64,000 nt of DNA, from NCBI RefSeq assembly GCF_009914755.1, contig NC_060939.1. One strand, given 5' to 3'. The notes below the pieces were generated by a model, which was not told the DNA's origin, made no database searches, and saw only the letters and a program-made list of their open reading frames with translations. The DNA comes from the human T2T-CHM13v2.0 reference genome, Homo sapiens. Position numbers and translations under genes: made by a program. This document shows, piece after piece, positions 18,345-31,821 of the stretch (position 1 is the first letter of the stretch; each line of letters opens with the position of its first letter).

Positions 18345-19285
18345 CTAAACATAAAAAACAAAACAATAATAATATTAGAAGAAAACTTAGAAAAGTATTC
18401 TTTATCCTCAGAAAAGGAAGGCCTTCCTAAATAAGACACATGTTCAAGAAGCCATCAAGAATAAGATTTAGAGATACAACTTACAAAAATTAAATTCTTT
18501 TGCATGGCAAAAGACAACGTAAGCATAGCTAAAAGACAAATGGCCAAAAAAGTACAATATATGTAACAGACAAAGAATTAAAATCCATATAATACAAAGT
18601 GCTCCTTCAAATTAGTTAGGAAAAGCAACCCAGCAGAAAAATGAATACAGGGTAAGAACAGATGATCCACAAAAGGACTAGAAATGGCCACAAACATATG
18701 AAAAGATGCCAATTAAAACAACAGAAACACATTTCTGAATGTCAATTGGGAAAGACTGAAAAAAATTGTTGCTATCTTGTGTTTGAGAGGGGTGAGGAAA
18801 GAGTTATTCTCAAATGCCACTGGTGAGAAATGTTTCTGCTTTTTCTGAGGGCAGCTTGGTAGAATCTGTCAACATTAAAGGTGCAAGTGACTTTGAACCC
18901 AGCAATTTCACCTCTAGGAGTCTTAGAAAGATAATTCACTCAGGTAAGCAAAAATACTGAGTTAAAGGTGTTTATTTCATTCATTCTAAAGGCAAAAATT
19001 TGTTCACCATTAAAGTTATAGGCAGCAGTTAAAAAGAATATAGTAGAGCTATGTGTACTGATATGTAAATATATCTAAGATATATTAAGTGACAACACAA
19101 GGCATTGAAAAATATATTGTAGTATTCTTATTCATGTAAAAATGTATATGTGGATACAGATGCAAATATATAGTGATACCATGTAACCTTGAAAATGCAT
19201 AGAAAAATGTTCGGAAAACCAACAAACCAGTGGCTTCCTCTATAGTATGTGAGTAATGACCAAAGAGAAAAATCCCACTTTTTGC

Positions 19286-19288
<3 letters not shown>

Positions 19289-19331
<43 letters not shown>

Positions 19332-19396
19332 CATATATACACACACACACATACACACACACACATAAACACACACACACACATATATATATATAT
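19289..19396. repeat. Compound (AT)n/(CA)n microsatellite
   Basis: Direct reading. Confidence 0.9.
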
Positions 19397-21278
19397 TTCT
19401 ATGCTGTTTGAAATTTTGTGATAATCATGTATCACACTTGAAAATTTAAAAATAGTAAAAAAAAAAGTGCGAATATAAGGAAACCAGTGGACCTAATTTA
19501 AGTTCTATTTATCAAAAAATTAATATTTTTAAAAGAAAAATTATGTTTGTGATAGAATATCATAGACTGGTTTATTGCACTTGGTTTGTTGATGTAAAAA
19601 AAATAGAAGTCAGGAATATAGGAACATTTCTCTTGATGAAAATTTTTCAATAACAGAGTCCTAAAAATTGATGCTGGTGTGTATCTCATTTCATAATTTT
19701 AAACACAACCCAGAAGAGGTATTCCAGTTTGAAAGCCTCAATTTTACAGACAGAAATTCAAGTGTCCTGGGTGTAAACTGTAATGCACTTAAGTATTTGA
19801 GCAAAAAAGTGTCAGAAGGATATTAATTGGTCATGGAGACTCCCCTGAGAAGAATCTTCAAAATTCTAACCAAGCAGCACAACCAATGTGGATGAAGTTT
19901 ATACTGCATTCTTCCAGGAATGGACTATTAATAAAATATTTCAAGAAGCCTGTGATACAACAAAGAGCATGATGTTGGAAGTCAGAAGCCCTGGGTTCTA
20001 AATGTCACTTTTGACAAGCACTTAACACCCTGTGCACTTCAGTTTCCTTATCTTCAAAATAAGAGTGAAGCAACAGCCTGCCTAAAATGAGATTATGTAT
20101 GTAAAAACCCATTGAGCATCGTTAAGTGCAAAAGTATATACACAAAGTACAGTAACTGTTCATTGTGTGTGTCTTTATATGCTACTGTGCAGCATAACAA
20201 ACCTAATTTCCTCAAATTTCCTTATTTCCCATAAAAATCCATGCTGATCTTCCTCCAAGGTGACCAATACCATTCTCTGGAGAGACCCTGTCTGGGAAAG
20301 GTAGTGGTCAAAGCCTTCCCCGGTAAAAAATTATTGACAAATACGTCCCATGGTAAAACTTAGCCAGACATAAACTAGCCAGAAACAGTAATATGAACAA
20401 TAAGAATAGTGCTAATTAATTAATAATGAGTGCTGGCCACAGCATGTTACATACATCCCTTATTTAAGCTCTCTCCATTCCTGTGTGATAGAAGCCTCTA
20501 TCATCCCCAAGTCACAGATGAAGATAGGGTACCTTGCCCAAGCACTGCATAAGAAATATTAGCTACTGACCCAAGCTCTCAATGAGATAATTAAGGATTT
20601 TAAGGCTGAACCCTGAAAAAAGAGATGTAAGTAATAAGGCACAGGAAATATTCCAAGGAATGATTCTAGAAATAAAAATAAGTACTTGGAGGGAAACAGA
20701 TCTTTGGATTGCACTGGGGAAGAGCCCACGGCTACCTTGGTACCTTCCACCGATCATTGCCTTTCCCTGACCTATCACACATGCTCACAAAGAGGATGAG
20801 AGTTTGAAAAATTTGGGAGGCTGAAAGTGCTCATGGGGAATGAGCACTAATTAAAGAATGCAATCCTGGTTGCATTATTAAGACCGTTTCTCAGAAAAAT
20901 GACCACTCCTGGTACACTACGGATCAAGCTGGAGCAGAACGAGAATGTCACTATCTCCATAAAATTCCTTTTATACCCAGAGACCAGATGGGTTCTGAAT
21001 GATTCCAGATTTTGTGTAGAGAGACAAGAGGTACCTGATCAACTCAGGCTTTAGGATATCCATGTCAAGGTCAACTACAAACCAAGAACTTACAGGAGAG
21101 CATCAAGTGCCTATTCCCAAATCTGGCCAAGCCAGAGAAGCTCAGTCTCTGTGAACTCTGAACCTTCCCTGTAAGCAGCTTCCTGATGATTCCCATAGTC
21201 CCTTGGCAGGGGGTGACCTTGACCCCTTTCCCACCAATATTTTGTTAAATGCTTTTACTAATTTGCTTCACACGTTAG

Positions 21279-21474
21279 CAGGGCTGCCAGATTAAACACA
21301 GGATGCCCAGTTAAATTTGACTTTCAGTTGAACAACATTTTAAAAAATTATACTTATGTCCCAGATATTGCATAGAACATACTCATACTAAAAATATGTT
21401 GGCTTTTTTTTTTGTCTAAAATTCAAATTTAGCAAGGTGTCCTGTATTTTTATTTGCAAAGTCTGGCAACTCTG
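21279..21474. mobile_element. MER53-like palindromic hAT MITE
   Basis: Termini cagggctgccagat...caggatgcccagttaaatttga and aaattcaaatttagcaaggtgtcctgta...tctggcaactctg are near reverse complements; about 195 bp. Confidence 0.75.
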
Positions 21475-21938
21475 GATTGCAGACCTGGTGAGGAAGTTGA
21501 CATTATGCTCCAGAACATCCTCCTTTTATCCGCTGGGCTTTCTGCACGTGTGCAGGCTCTATCTCACTCCCTTTGGCTCTGCCTCATCCTAAAGAAGACT
21601 GATGAGTTAGGGATACAATGCACAGAAAAACTTTCTTCTCTCTCCTCCTGTGCTCTTCCCAGCCTTCTCCCCCTGTTTCTCCTTAGCATCCTCCAGTGGG
21701 GTGAATGTGGCAGAGAGGGGACATGGCAGCCAGGATTTTCCCCTATAAACACAGCTCTGCTACCTTCTAGCTGTGGATCCCTGGGCAAGTCATTTTTCCT
21801 ACTTAAGCCTGTTTTCTGGTGTGAAAATGGAAGGGATAACTATATTCACCTCCCAGGGCTGTTTGCCTGATCATAAGCACCTGGCATGCTTGTTAAAAAT
21901 ATAGATTCCTAGGCTTGACAGCAAACCCAATGAATTAG

Positions 21939-22344
<406 letters not shown>

Positions 22345-22439
22345 ACTTAGACTCAAAGGGTAGGAGAACCAGAGACATATGGTTTTGTTGTAGTGTTATC
22401 AAAATACTAATAATGCCTTAACACCAAATACCATTCAGT

Positions 22440-22571
22440 GTCAAAAGTTCCCAAATGTTTTCAAGTGATTTTTGAAAGTTGGATCCAGAAAAGATCCACA
22501 CATCACATTTAGTAATGTCTCCTATGGTCTTAATCTATAGGATTCCCCTACCTTCTGCCCCAACTTTCCAT

Positions 22572-22610
<39 letters not shown>

Positions 22611-23191
22611 TTGTTGATGATCCCGGGTCACTTGTCCCAAAAATTTCTCAAAGTCTGTTTATTTCACTGTATCCCCATGGGTTATTTCACCTGTTCCTCT
22701 ACCTGCCGCATTTCCTATAATCAGGAACACTTGATGATACCTGACCAGGTATCCAGAGCCCTGATTAGATCTAGGTTCATAAATGGTGCTGTTTGCTTCC
22801 TTCTGTAACACAACACCAGGCAAACTTCTTTGTGATGTTAAGACTGATCAGTGGATTCAATCTGATATTATAAAGTTCCCTTTCACCTAGCAATTTTAGC
22901 AGTCACTGATGATCACTGCCCAGGTCCATTATTTCTTTAGTGGCTGCAAAAGGGAGACATTGTAATTATAGTATTCCTTCTGCATATATTAGCTGGAAAT
23001 CTTTTATAAATAAAAAGTTCCTTTCATCAGCTATTTGGCTACACTGGAAACTGTTTATACAGGACCGGTAAGATAAATTCATTCTCTTTATTTGCTAGTT
23101 ATTAGAATAATGAATTCATCCCATAGCATCCTCCAGAGGTGACCAATGAGAGGTTTGTTTTGGTTTTGGAAAGCATTACCAATGCTTGTTC

Positions 23192-23227
<36 letters not shown>

Positions 23228-24400
23228 AAGTGTTTCATTCTATTGTAGTTAGTAGTTATTATTTCTGATGCCTGGTGTTTCATCTTTGGGAAATGAAATC
23301 CTATGCCTGTGTCTTCTCACATAACGCCAATAAATAGTCTTCATAGCATCCTTGCTTTCTGACATAAAATAATACTCTAGGCTCATCTTGTATATTTCCC
23401 ACTCCAGCCTTTGAATCAGCCGTATCTCCAGGGATTCCTGGATCCTTTTGGAGGGCAATGGAATTTAAAGACCACAACATGGATCGTTGGAGTGCTCATC
23501 TCTACTGGGGTGGTTATTATTTCTAGGTCTTTGTTATAAAAATAGCTAGGAAAAAAATTTCTTAAGAGAAAAAATATCATGACTTCTTATTGATTTTTCT
23601 CATATCAAATTTACAGAGCTTTTACTTCTTTAATTTTATGTTTGTGTTCTTTCTCATGCAGAAAATCTTGATTCCTATTAACACTCATAATATTATCTGC
23701 TTTATCCTAATTTGTTTAAATAATATACAGTATATTAGAGAGAGTTTCAAAATAACAGTTCAAATATTATTACTAATAATATGATTACTGAAAACAACCT
23801 TCAACCTACAATCTTTGCAGCTCTTTCTGTCCTTAGAATCTACCTACTAGGGGCATGTAGAAAACATAGCTATGTTTTAAAGTCATTTGTAGTAGCTCCT
23901 TTCTGTGTGGTGAAGCCACCAGTGTAATACACAATTAGGCTTATTTGTTTCATGTTTGCTTTTAATTTTTAGGACTTGCTTTGTTTTTTATTTTGCATTT
24001 GATTTAATGTTGCTTTATAATGATGTAAAAACTGAGACACTGTTTCAAAGTCAAAACCACAAAACAAGGTACATTCAAGCAAAATTTTGTCCCATCTCTG
24101 CTCAGTCTCCTCACCCTGTTCTCTTCCTCCTACAGATAACCATTTCTGTTTGGTTTTAGTTTATCTTTCCATTGTTTCTTACATAAGCAAATATGGATTT
24201 ACATTCACTTCATCCCTATCTTAGATAAAATGTAACATACCATATCTGTTCTGTTCTTGGGTTTTTTCACTGAAGTTCACTCATTCTTTTTATAGCTGTA
24301 GAGGATTCCACTGTGCTTAAAGATGCCACAGTTTCTCCCACTAACCTCCTATTAATAGGCACTTTGATTGTTTCCAGTCTTTTGTTATTGTCCATGGGGA
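22440..24400 (-). mobile_element. Old LINE-1 (L1MC/L1ME-like) 3' region
   Basis: T-rich with L1M 3'UTR-like phrases (aggctcatcttgtatatttcc, ttgtttccagtcttttgttatt); boundaries approximate. Confidence 0.55.
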
Positions 24401-24698
24401 AGTGCACTTTTTATATATACCTCATGTTATCCATACACACCCTGAAGAGCAACAGCCACTGTCCCATGGGATGAGGTCTAGAATTTCCGTGCCATGTAAT
24501 AGGCAGAGATACAGTACAGTGTCCATGCAAGAGGTTTCAAACCAGAATATGCAGAACATGAAGTCTATCCAGCGTGTACTCAGGCAAGGATAGTTTTGAG
24601 GGACTTTGCAGATGCACAACTCTCACATGGATTTTTTCTAAAATTAAATGCAGAGCCCCTGTGAGCCATCAATCCCTTGTCCAGTTGCCCCCACCCCC

Positions 24699-24733
<35 letters not shown>

Positions 24734-27700
24734 GCACACACCACTCTCCAAAAGGAAGGACAAACTTCTCACCCATTCTAAATCTCAGGAGTGAAACCCT
24801 ACAGAGTACAATGGAAGGAACTGTATAAAATACTGGTACAGGTGTTGAAAATGAATCTCTAATGATTGGGGAAATATCTGTTTGCAAGTTGGATAGTTTT
24901 CAATTATTTTCAAACGACTGGAGAGGGACAAACTTAAAAGAATTATCAGCTGAGAGAAGATTGAAAGTAATTTTTGATAAGAGTCCAATATGTGATTTTA
25001 GGAGTATAACTAGATAATAGTTCAAAGAATTGAGTTACATTTCAATAACAAAATGTCTTTCTTTTCCATCAATTTATCTTTCTTAGTTTAAAACAATATT
25101 CATTAATGAATACATGAACTAATTGAAAATATGAGATGCATTTCCATTAATATTTTACATTTTATCTTTTATATTCCTCAAAAATTGATATGTATATTAT
25201 TTTGTCGACGACTTTTTTGTGCATCACTAATAATTATACCTTAATTTCCAATTTCTGTGTATTACTAGTAATCATAATGATAACTCAAACCAAAAACACT
25301 TAACATCTAGAAATGTATGATCATTGGCCATTAAAAGTTAAATTTAAATCTTCATACATATTTTTGTCACAGTAAATTATGATAGAGTGGCCAATAAAAG
25401 GATTTCATGCATAAAAATATATAAAGATAAAATTCAGTGGGGTAACTGCAATGAAAATATAAATTCAAGGAACAGGAGCCATGTAAAACTGACTGTTTAA
25501 GAACTTGTTCATGTGTTTAATAGATGATGTACCAAATTGCTCTGGTACTTAAAGTTCATCAGATGTGTTAAAGGAATGATGTATTTTTAATGTCAATATT
25601 TACAATATTCTGGAAATGACATTGAATGCAACTATTCAAAATTACTTTGAAGATTTTTGATGGCAACTTAAGATGTGCAACGGACATATATATTTTTTCA
25701 ACATTCTTATAGGAGCATAAACATTTCAAGACCACAGGTACAGAGACTGAGCATTTAATGGTGCAAAGTTCAGAGTCCTGCTCCTCTTGTCTTTCCCCAA
25801 GGCTGTATCGTACCCCTCCTCAAGCCATCAGCTCTATATACTGGGAGAATGGGACAGGAGGGGAGCAAGAGCAGCAGTTCCACCTCCAGCCCTGGGATGC
25901 CTAGCTGAAACCCCCAAACCCCATCTTTTTCATTCAAGTCCTTAGGGCTCACACTTTGCCCCACTCCTCAGGGCCAGAAATAAGTGGTGCAGAAGGTGTT
26001 CGAAGTCTAGTGGCTACAAATTCTCAGGCTCCAGGTTCTACTTGGGGCAGAATGCCCCGCATGGCAGTGTTCCACTCTGGGGAATCTCCTACCTCCCAAC
26101 TCACCCAACCACAGCTGTCCCTCCTCTTCTAAGCCAGCCTTTCCTGAAAAGAGAATTGTCTTGCTCATTTCCATTGAGTGACTGCAACTTTTCTTCAGTT
26201 AGAGGGAACCCACCGCTTTGGGTTAAATAGAAACTCAGCTAAGTTCTACAAGGTTCTCAGGCTTCCGCATCTAATTACAGAAGGAGCCAGCTGGTGGATT
26301 CCAAAAATCACAGAGAAGCCTGCTTCTCACTGAGAGGTTCAAAACATCTATACTCACACAACTCCGATGAGGCATACAGGACAGGAAGTAACCCATATTC
26401 CAGATAAAGAAACCGAGACCCAGCAAAGATGAGCAAGCGTGGATTCACAGGGCGTAATATTTCTGGAACCAATGGAGGGATTCAAGCCTCCTCTGTATTC
26501 CCTAATCTGCATGGGCTGAGTCATGAAGTACATGAGAAAGCAACTCATCTACTTTGGAGGAGACAACTCTGAAGAGTGGTAAAACCTTGGCAACATATGT
26601 TAATGATAAATGGTCTATCAGGAGATTGTCATAAAGGGTGTCATTTATGGTAAGTGCCATTTTTTTATTTATTAAAATTTAATCTTTCTTGATTCCATGT
26701 CTATTCACATAGAAAAGTGGTTATGTGCATTAAGAAAACATGAAAAACTAAATCTATGCCTTCGTCATTCCCTGGGAAGTCTGGTTTCCCACACGCCCCA
26801 GTGGCCTTGGCCTGTTCCACCTTGCTTGGCTGTCTGAGGACGGCATCAGCTATGGCTAGCAGTCACCTTGAACATGATCCCACTAGCAGTCCCAGCAGCC
26901 ACCATAACAGTCTTTAAAATCATCGGCACTCTTGGTCCAGAGGGTTTGGGAATTCACTTGCATGGCTGCACATAATGGGTTAGCTACATGTAATATACAT
27001 ACACACATCCATACACTGTGGGGAGGTGGTTTAGATGGACATGTGTGTGTGACAATGCATGTGCATCGTGTGTACAGTCATAGATACAGACCTGGGCCTG
27101 TCGGTCCTGCCCTGATCATTCCCTGATGGTATGGGGTTGGTGAAACTTCCCTTGGACATTTCCAGAAATAAATGGCCTAAATGGAGGAGGAAAGACCCAA
27201 AGTCTTCCTCTAATGTGTTCTGTCTCCAAGCAGTGAAGAGAATGCTTTGGTTTTAAACTAGTTAATCAGAATGATATAGCCCTCCTTCCTGGAATGAACC
27301 TTTCTCACTGCCCCCCTTCTCCAACTGTTGGTATGTCTCAATAGTTCCTTCCCCACATATGCAAGAGGCTGCCAGAATCTTAGAAATAGCAGCCTGGTCT
27401 TCAGAAACTCTCCCCTAGTTCCTACCTTTCCTCCTCCTCCCCTGCTCTACTCTCTCCTCACTGTCTAAGACTATTCTGAGTTGTGGATACTGGACACTGT
27501 ATTTTGAACCAGTTCTTTGGCTCTCTTCTCAGCCACCTGATCATTTATTAGGCATATCTCTTTGGTGGTTCATCCTACTTTCTCTCCAGATATCATCTGG
27601 ATTCCTGGTATATCTTTGTGGGGGTGGGGAGCAGCCCTACCCTGTAACTGTACCTTGTCCAGCTCCTCAAATCCAAGTTTCTCAGAACCCAGGGCTTGAA

Positions 27701-28397
27701 AGGAAAGATTCAACACTAAAGCTGTAGCTAATAAACACACAGGGTTGGAAGTTACCCAGCCTACTTGTAGACATAGAAACCTTGGCCAGAAAAGCAATGA
27801 CTTGTCCAAGTCACTAAGAATAGTAAATGAAACAGAACTGAAGTCCCACAGTGTCTGGTTATTGTTTTTAATGTAAATGTACTACTGTACTATAGCATAC
27901 ATACACAAAGGCAAACAAATCAGAAATATACAGATTGAGTCTCTGAATGAAGTTTACATTTTGGTTCTGAGGATGAAGCTCGGAATTTTTTATCTTGCCC
28001 AAATTCCTATCTAAGGGGTCTGGGGAGTATGCCCTAGAAACCACAAATTCTCATCACATGGGTTTTATTTAACCTTGCATATCATGACTTATTTTCCAAT
28101 CTGACTTTGGCATAACAAGGAAAAAAATCAAAATGTTTTACCCCAAAATATATTTCCTTGCCATACCTTGAAATTGCCCTGCAAAGTCTCTCGTGGGAAA
28201 AATCCACATTATATGGAGAATCTCCTTCCCCCTTTGTTTTCCTTCGTCTCTTTCCAGATCCGGGAGATAATCAGCTAAGAGCCAGGCACCGCTTTAGGTC
28301 TGATAAGAAACATTTTACAACCTGCTCGCTCTCTGAAGTCTGCTTTCTGAGAGATTCCTCTGCACAATACAACTTGGTCTCCACAATCCTTTATCTT

Positions 28398-28471
28398 TTT
28401 TTTTCATTTTATTTTATTTTATTTATTTATTTATTTATTTTTATTATACTTTAAGTTTTAGGGTACATGTG
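28398..28471 (-). mobile_element. Extremely 5'-truncated young L1PA/L1HS-type insertion (~30 nt of 3' end plus tail)
   Basis: ttattatactttaagttttagggtacatgtg is the young L1 terminus; perfect 16-bp TSD cacaatcctttatctt (28382-28397 / 28472-28487). Confidence 0.88.
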
Positions 28472-28805
28472 CACAATCCTTTATCTTAACCTGAACATTC
28501 CTTCCCATTGATCCAGATCTTCAGATAAATTCAACCAATTGTCAACCAGAAAATGTTTAAATATACCTATAGCCTGGAACCCACCCTCACCTCCCCACGT
28601 TGACTTGTCCTGCCTTTCTGAACCAAACAAATATATTTCCTAAATGTATTTGATTGATGTCTCATGCCTCCCTAAAAGTATATAAAACCAAGAGGTACCC
28701 CGACCACATTGGGCACATGTTCTCAGGACCTCATGAGGGCTGTGTCTGGCCATGGCCATGGTCACTCATATTTGGCTCAGAATAAATCTCTTAAAATATT
28801 TTACA

Positions 28806-29276
<471 letters not shown>

Positions 29277-31319
29277 TTAGTTTGGATATCCTTTTGATTT
29301 CTGATCTACAATACATGAGTGTGCACTCACAGATACATGTCCATCTGTGGCCTCGCCCCAGTTATGGAAACCCCACAGATGAAAGCTTTATACAAGAGGT
29401 TATGACTTTTCTACAGTGACATCAGACTTCTGACTTATTAAGTCAGAATTGCTTGCCTTCTTTTTGCCTCTCCTCTTCCCAGTAAAGCAGGACAGACTAT
29501 TATCTAGCTTCTTAGAGACAAACTGAATATCTCAGCCCCGGGTCTAGTAGGTGCTTGAGATTCTTTGGAGGGAAAATGCAGCGAAAACTCACAAAGACAT
29601 CATTATAGTATTGCTCCCTCAGAGCAGGGCTTTCTGACAGTTTACGCAAACAGCATCCATTTAGCAGAATCTCAGTGGAACGGCTGTCTCAGTCTGAGCC
29701 TCTAGCCCCAGGATTAGGAAAAACCCTTGGAGTCTTCCAAAAATACAAGGAGTTGAGAGCCAAGCCGTTTAGCAGTGTGAGCCTAGAGGATAAATAGGCC
29801 CATTGTGATTCTCCCCAGTTCTCTTACCTAGAGCTGCATCTGCCAGGAGCAAAGTTCTGAGGGAAGCCCCAGGAACACATGCCTTTTATAACTTATTTTG
29901 TTTTCCTCTTTCTTAATCCTGCCTAAATTCTAGCACTCTTTCTGACACCTCATTGTCCTTTACTGCCCCCAAGCAATGTATTTTTTAATAGAGCAGACAT
30001 TTCAACTCCAAAGATGTGAGTTGAAAAATAATTTGGCCCTTATTTCCTTTTGCAAATGGCTCCACTGAGGCCTCCTGGCTGCACTAATATCTTCTAGTGG
30101 AAACAAATTTTAAGATGATGTTAAAAGAGCTCAAGTCACTCAACAAAGCTGGAGGTCTCAACCAAGCTCAGATCCATGGATCACACTAGATTCAAAGGGA
30201 TCCACTCAGCCCCCAAATGCAGGTTATAATACCATATTCGTAAGTAAACAATGGTAGAATACATCCTTTTAATGATCCTAGATTTTGAAAAATCTGACCC
30301 TGCATAGCTCAGGTACTGAGAGTTAGGTTCTAGTTTAGATTCAGACTTATTTAGCCAAAATAAGATAATTTCTTTCAAATAAGATTGACTTTACTAAATA
30401 GTTAGAGGCCAAAAAATATAAAAATTATAACATATCAGAATTATATACATATCCTGTGTATACAGGATAAGGAAATAGAGGATCCAAAAGAACGAAGGAA
30501 ATAATGTATAACTCAGCCAATGCTCTTTGCTAGCTAAGCAACCATAGAGAATTTATTTAACCTCTGGAAGACTTGACTTCCTTGTGCATAAAAATGGGAA
30601 TAATAACACACTCAGAACATGTGCAGAAATTAAATGAGATAGTAAGTGAAACAGAGGCATGGCAAGGCTTCAAGACACCTGCACATACATAATACTTTGA
30701 ATCTAAATCTTCCTTGAAAGATGCTAATTTCTCAATGATTATGATCATGTGTGTTACACAGCACTTCCTATTTTTTCTAAGGACTTAGACATTCTGCCCA
30801 ATTACCCTTACAATGAGACAATAATCCCAAATGTATGGATGAGAAACCACTTCAGGGATGATATGCCAGCCAGTCAGCATGGTAAAGCCAGAGATAGAAG
30901 TTAATCTATTGCCGCACTCCAAGTCTTTCTTTTTGTGGGTTTTGTAGGTTCAAGGCAGTTCCACCTAAGTTCTGGAAGCAGTTTAAAGGAGCTGCCAGAT
31001 CTGTGTGACTGCCAGTCTGGATCCTTGGATTCAGGCTGTTTACAAAAGCGGGGCTTAGACACTCAGGAGGAGCAGCTAAAGTGAATTTTGAAGACAAGGG
31101 TGGGCTGGTTAGAATGTGCAGTTTTCTACGGTGGACTAGGCTCAGAGACTGCATATTCTGTGTGTGAAGCTTCTTTTTACTTTTTTCCACAAAAGGCAAA
31201 CTTAGCTAGGAATGGGCTCACTGAGTCATCCTTTAAGCGACATTAATAATATCTCTTATTGATTGAATATCCCACCAGCTTTAAGATGATGGCATTGGAT
31301 CCTTGAATCAGGGATTCTA

Positions 31320-31523
31320 GGCTGGGTGCTGTGGCTCACGCCTGTAATCCCAGCACTTCAGGAGGCCAAGGCAGGTGAATCACCTGAGGTCTGGAGTTCA
31401 AGACCAGCCTGGCCAACACAGTGAAACTCTGTCTCTACTAAAAAAAAAAAAAAAAAAAAAAAATACAAAAATTAGCCAGGTGTGGTGGCACGCACCTGTA
31501 GTCCCAGCTACTTGGGAGGCTGA
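31320..31523 (+). mobile_element. 3'-truncated AluS with expanded middle A-tract
   Basis: Left monomer, linker of about 24 A, right monomer ending abruptly at gggaggctga; no tail or TSD. Confidence 0.88.
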
Positions 31524-31821
31524 CACACATAGACATTTTCAATCCAGTCCCTCATCTTATTTAAATCCTGGACCCAGAGCACGCTTCTTGCAAATATTTA
31601 TAAGCGAACAATACTACTAACACCATAACAACTCTAATTGCAACTGTTACTTACTAACATATCTTGGGGCTTACCAAGTGCCAGCCCAGTCATTGGGATG
31701 AATAAGAGTTGTAATGGTGTCAGTAGTGTTGTATAAATATCTTATAAATATTTGCAAGAGGTATTCTCTGGGTCCAGGATTTAAATAAGGTAAGGGATTG
31801 GATTTGGAACTTCTATGAGTG
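31524..31821. repeat. Long inverted repeat (arms ~116-121 bp, 61-bp spacer)
   Basis: Perfect 24-bp (31556-31579 / 31766-31789) and 19-bp (31586-31604 / 31741-31759) reverse-complement blocks plus degenerate extensions. Confidence 0.9.

Larger units (their letters stand above)
15100..19465 (+). mobile_element. Old degenerate LINE-1 (L1M/L1ME-like) ORF2 plus 3' end; host of the 14-aa insert exon
   Basis: Very A-rich. ORF2-like remnants EDLNK*K...IGRLNVI (about 17862) and [34 protein letters not shown] (18291-18392), versus L1 ORF2p [34 protein letters not shown] as recalled. L1M-type 3' end near 19030-19460. Boundaries approximate. Confidence 0.8.

Noticed and set aside
15100-19465. Functional L1 ORF2 / reverse transcriptase
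   Set aside because: Riddled with stops and frameshifts; only short peptide remnants survive.
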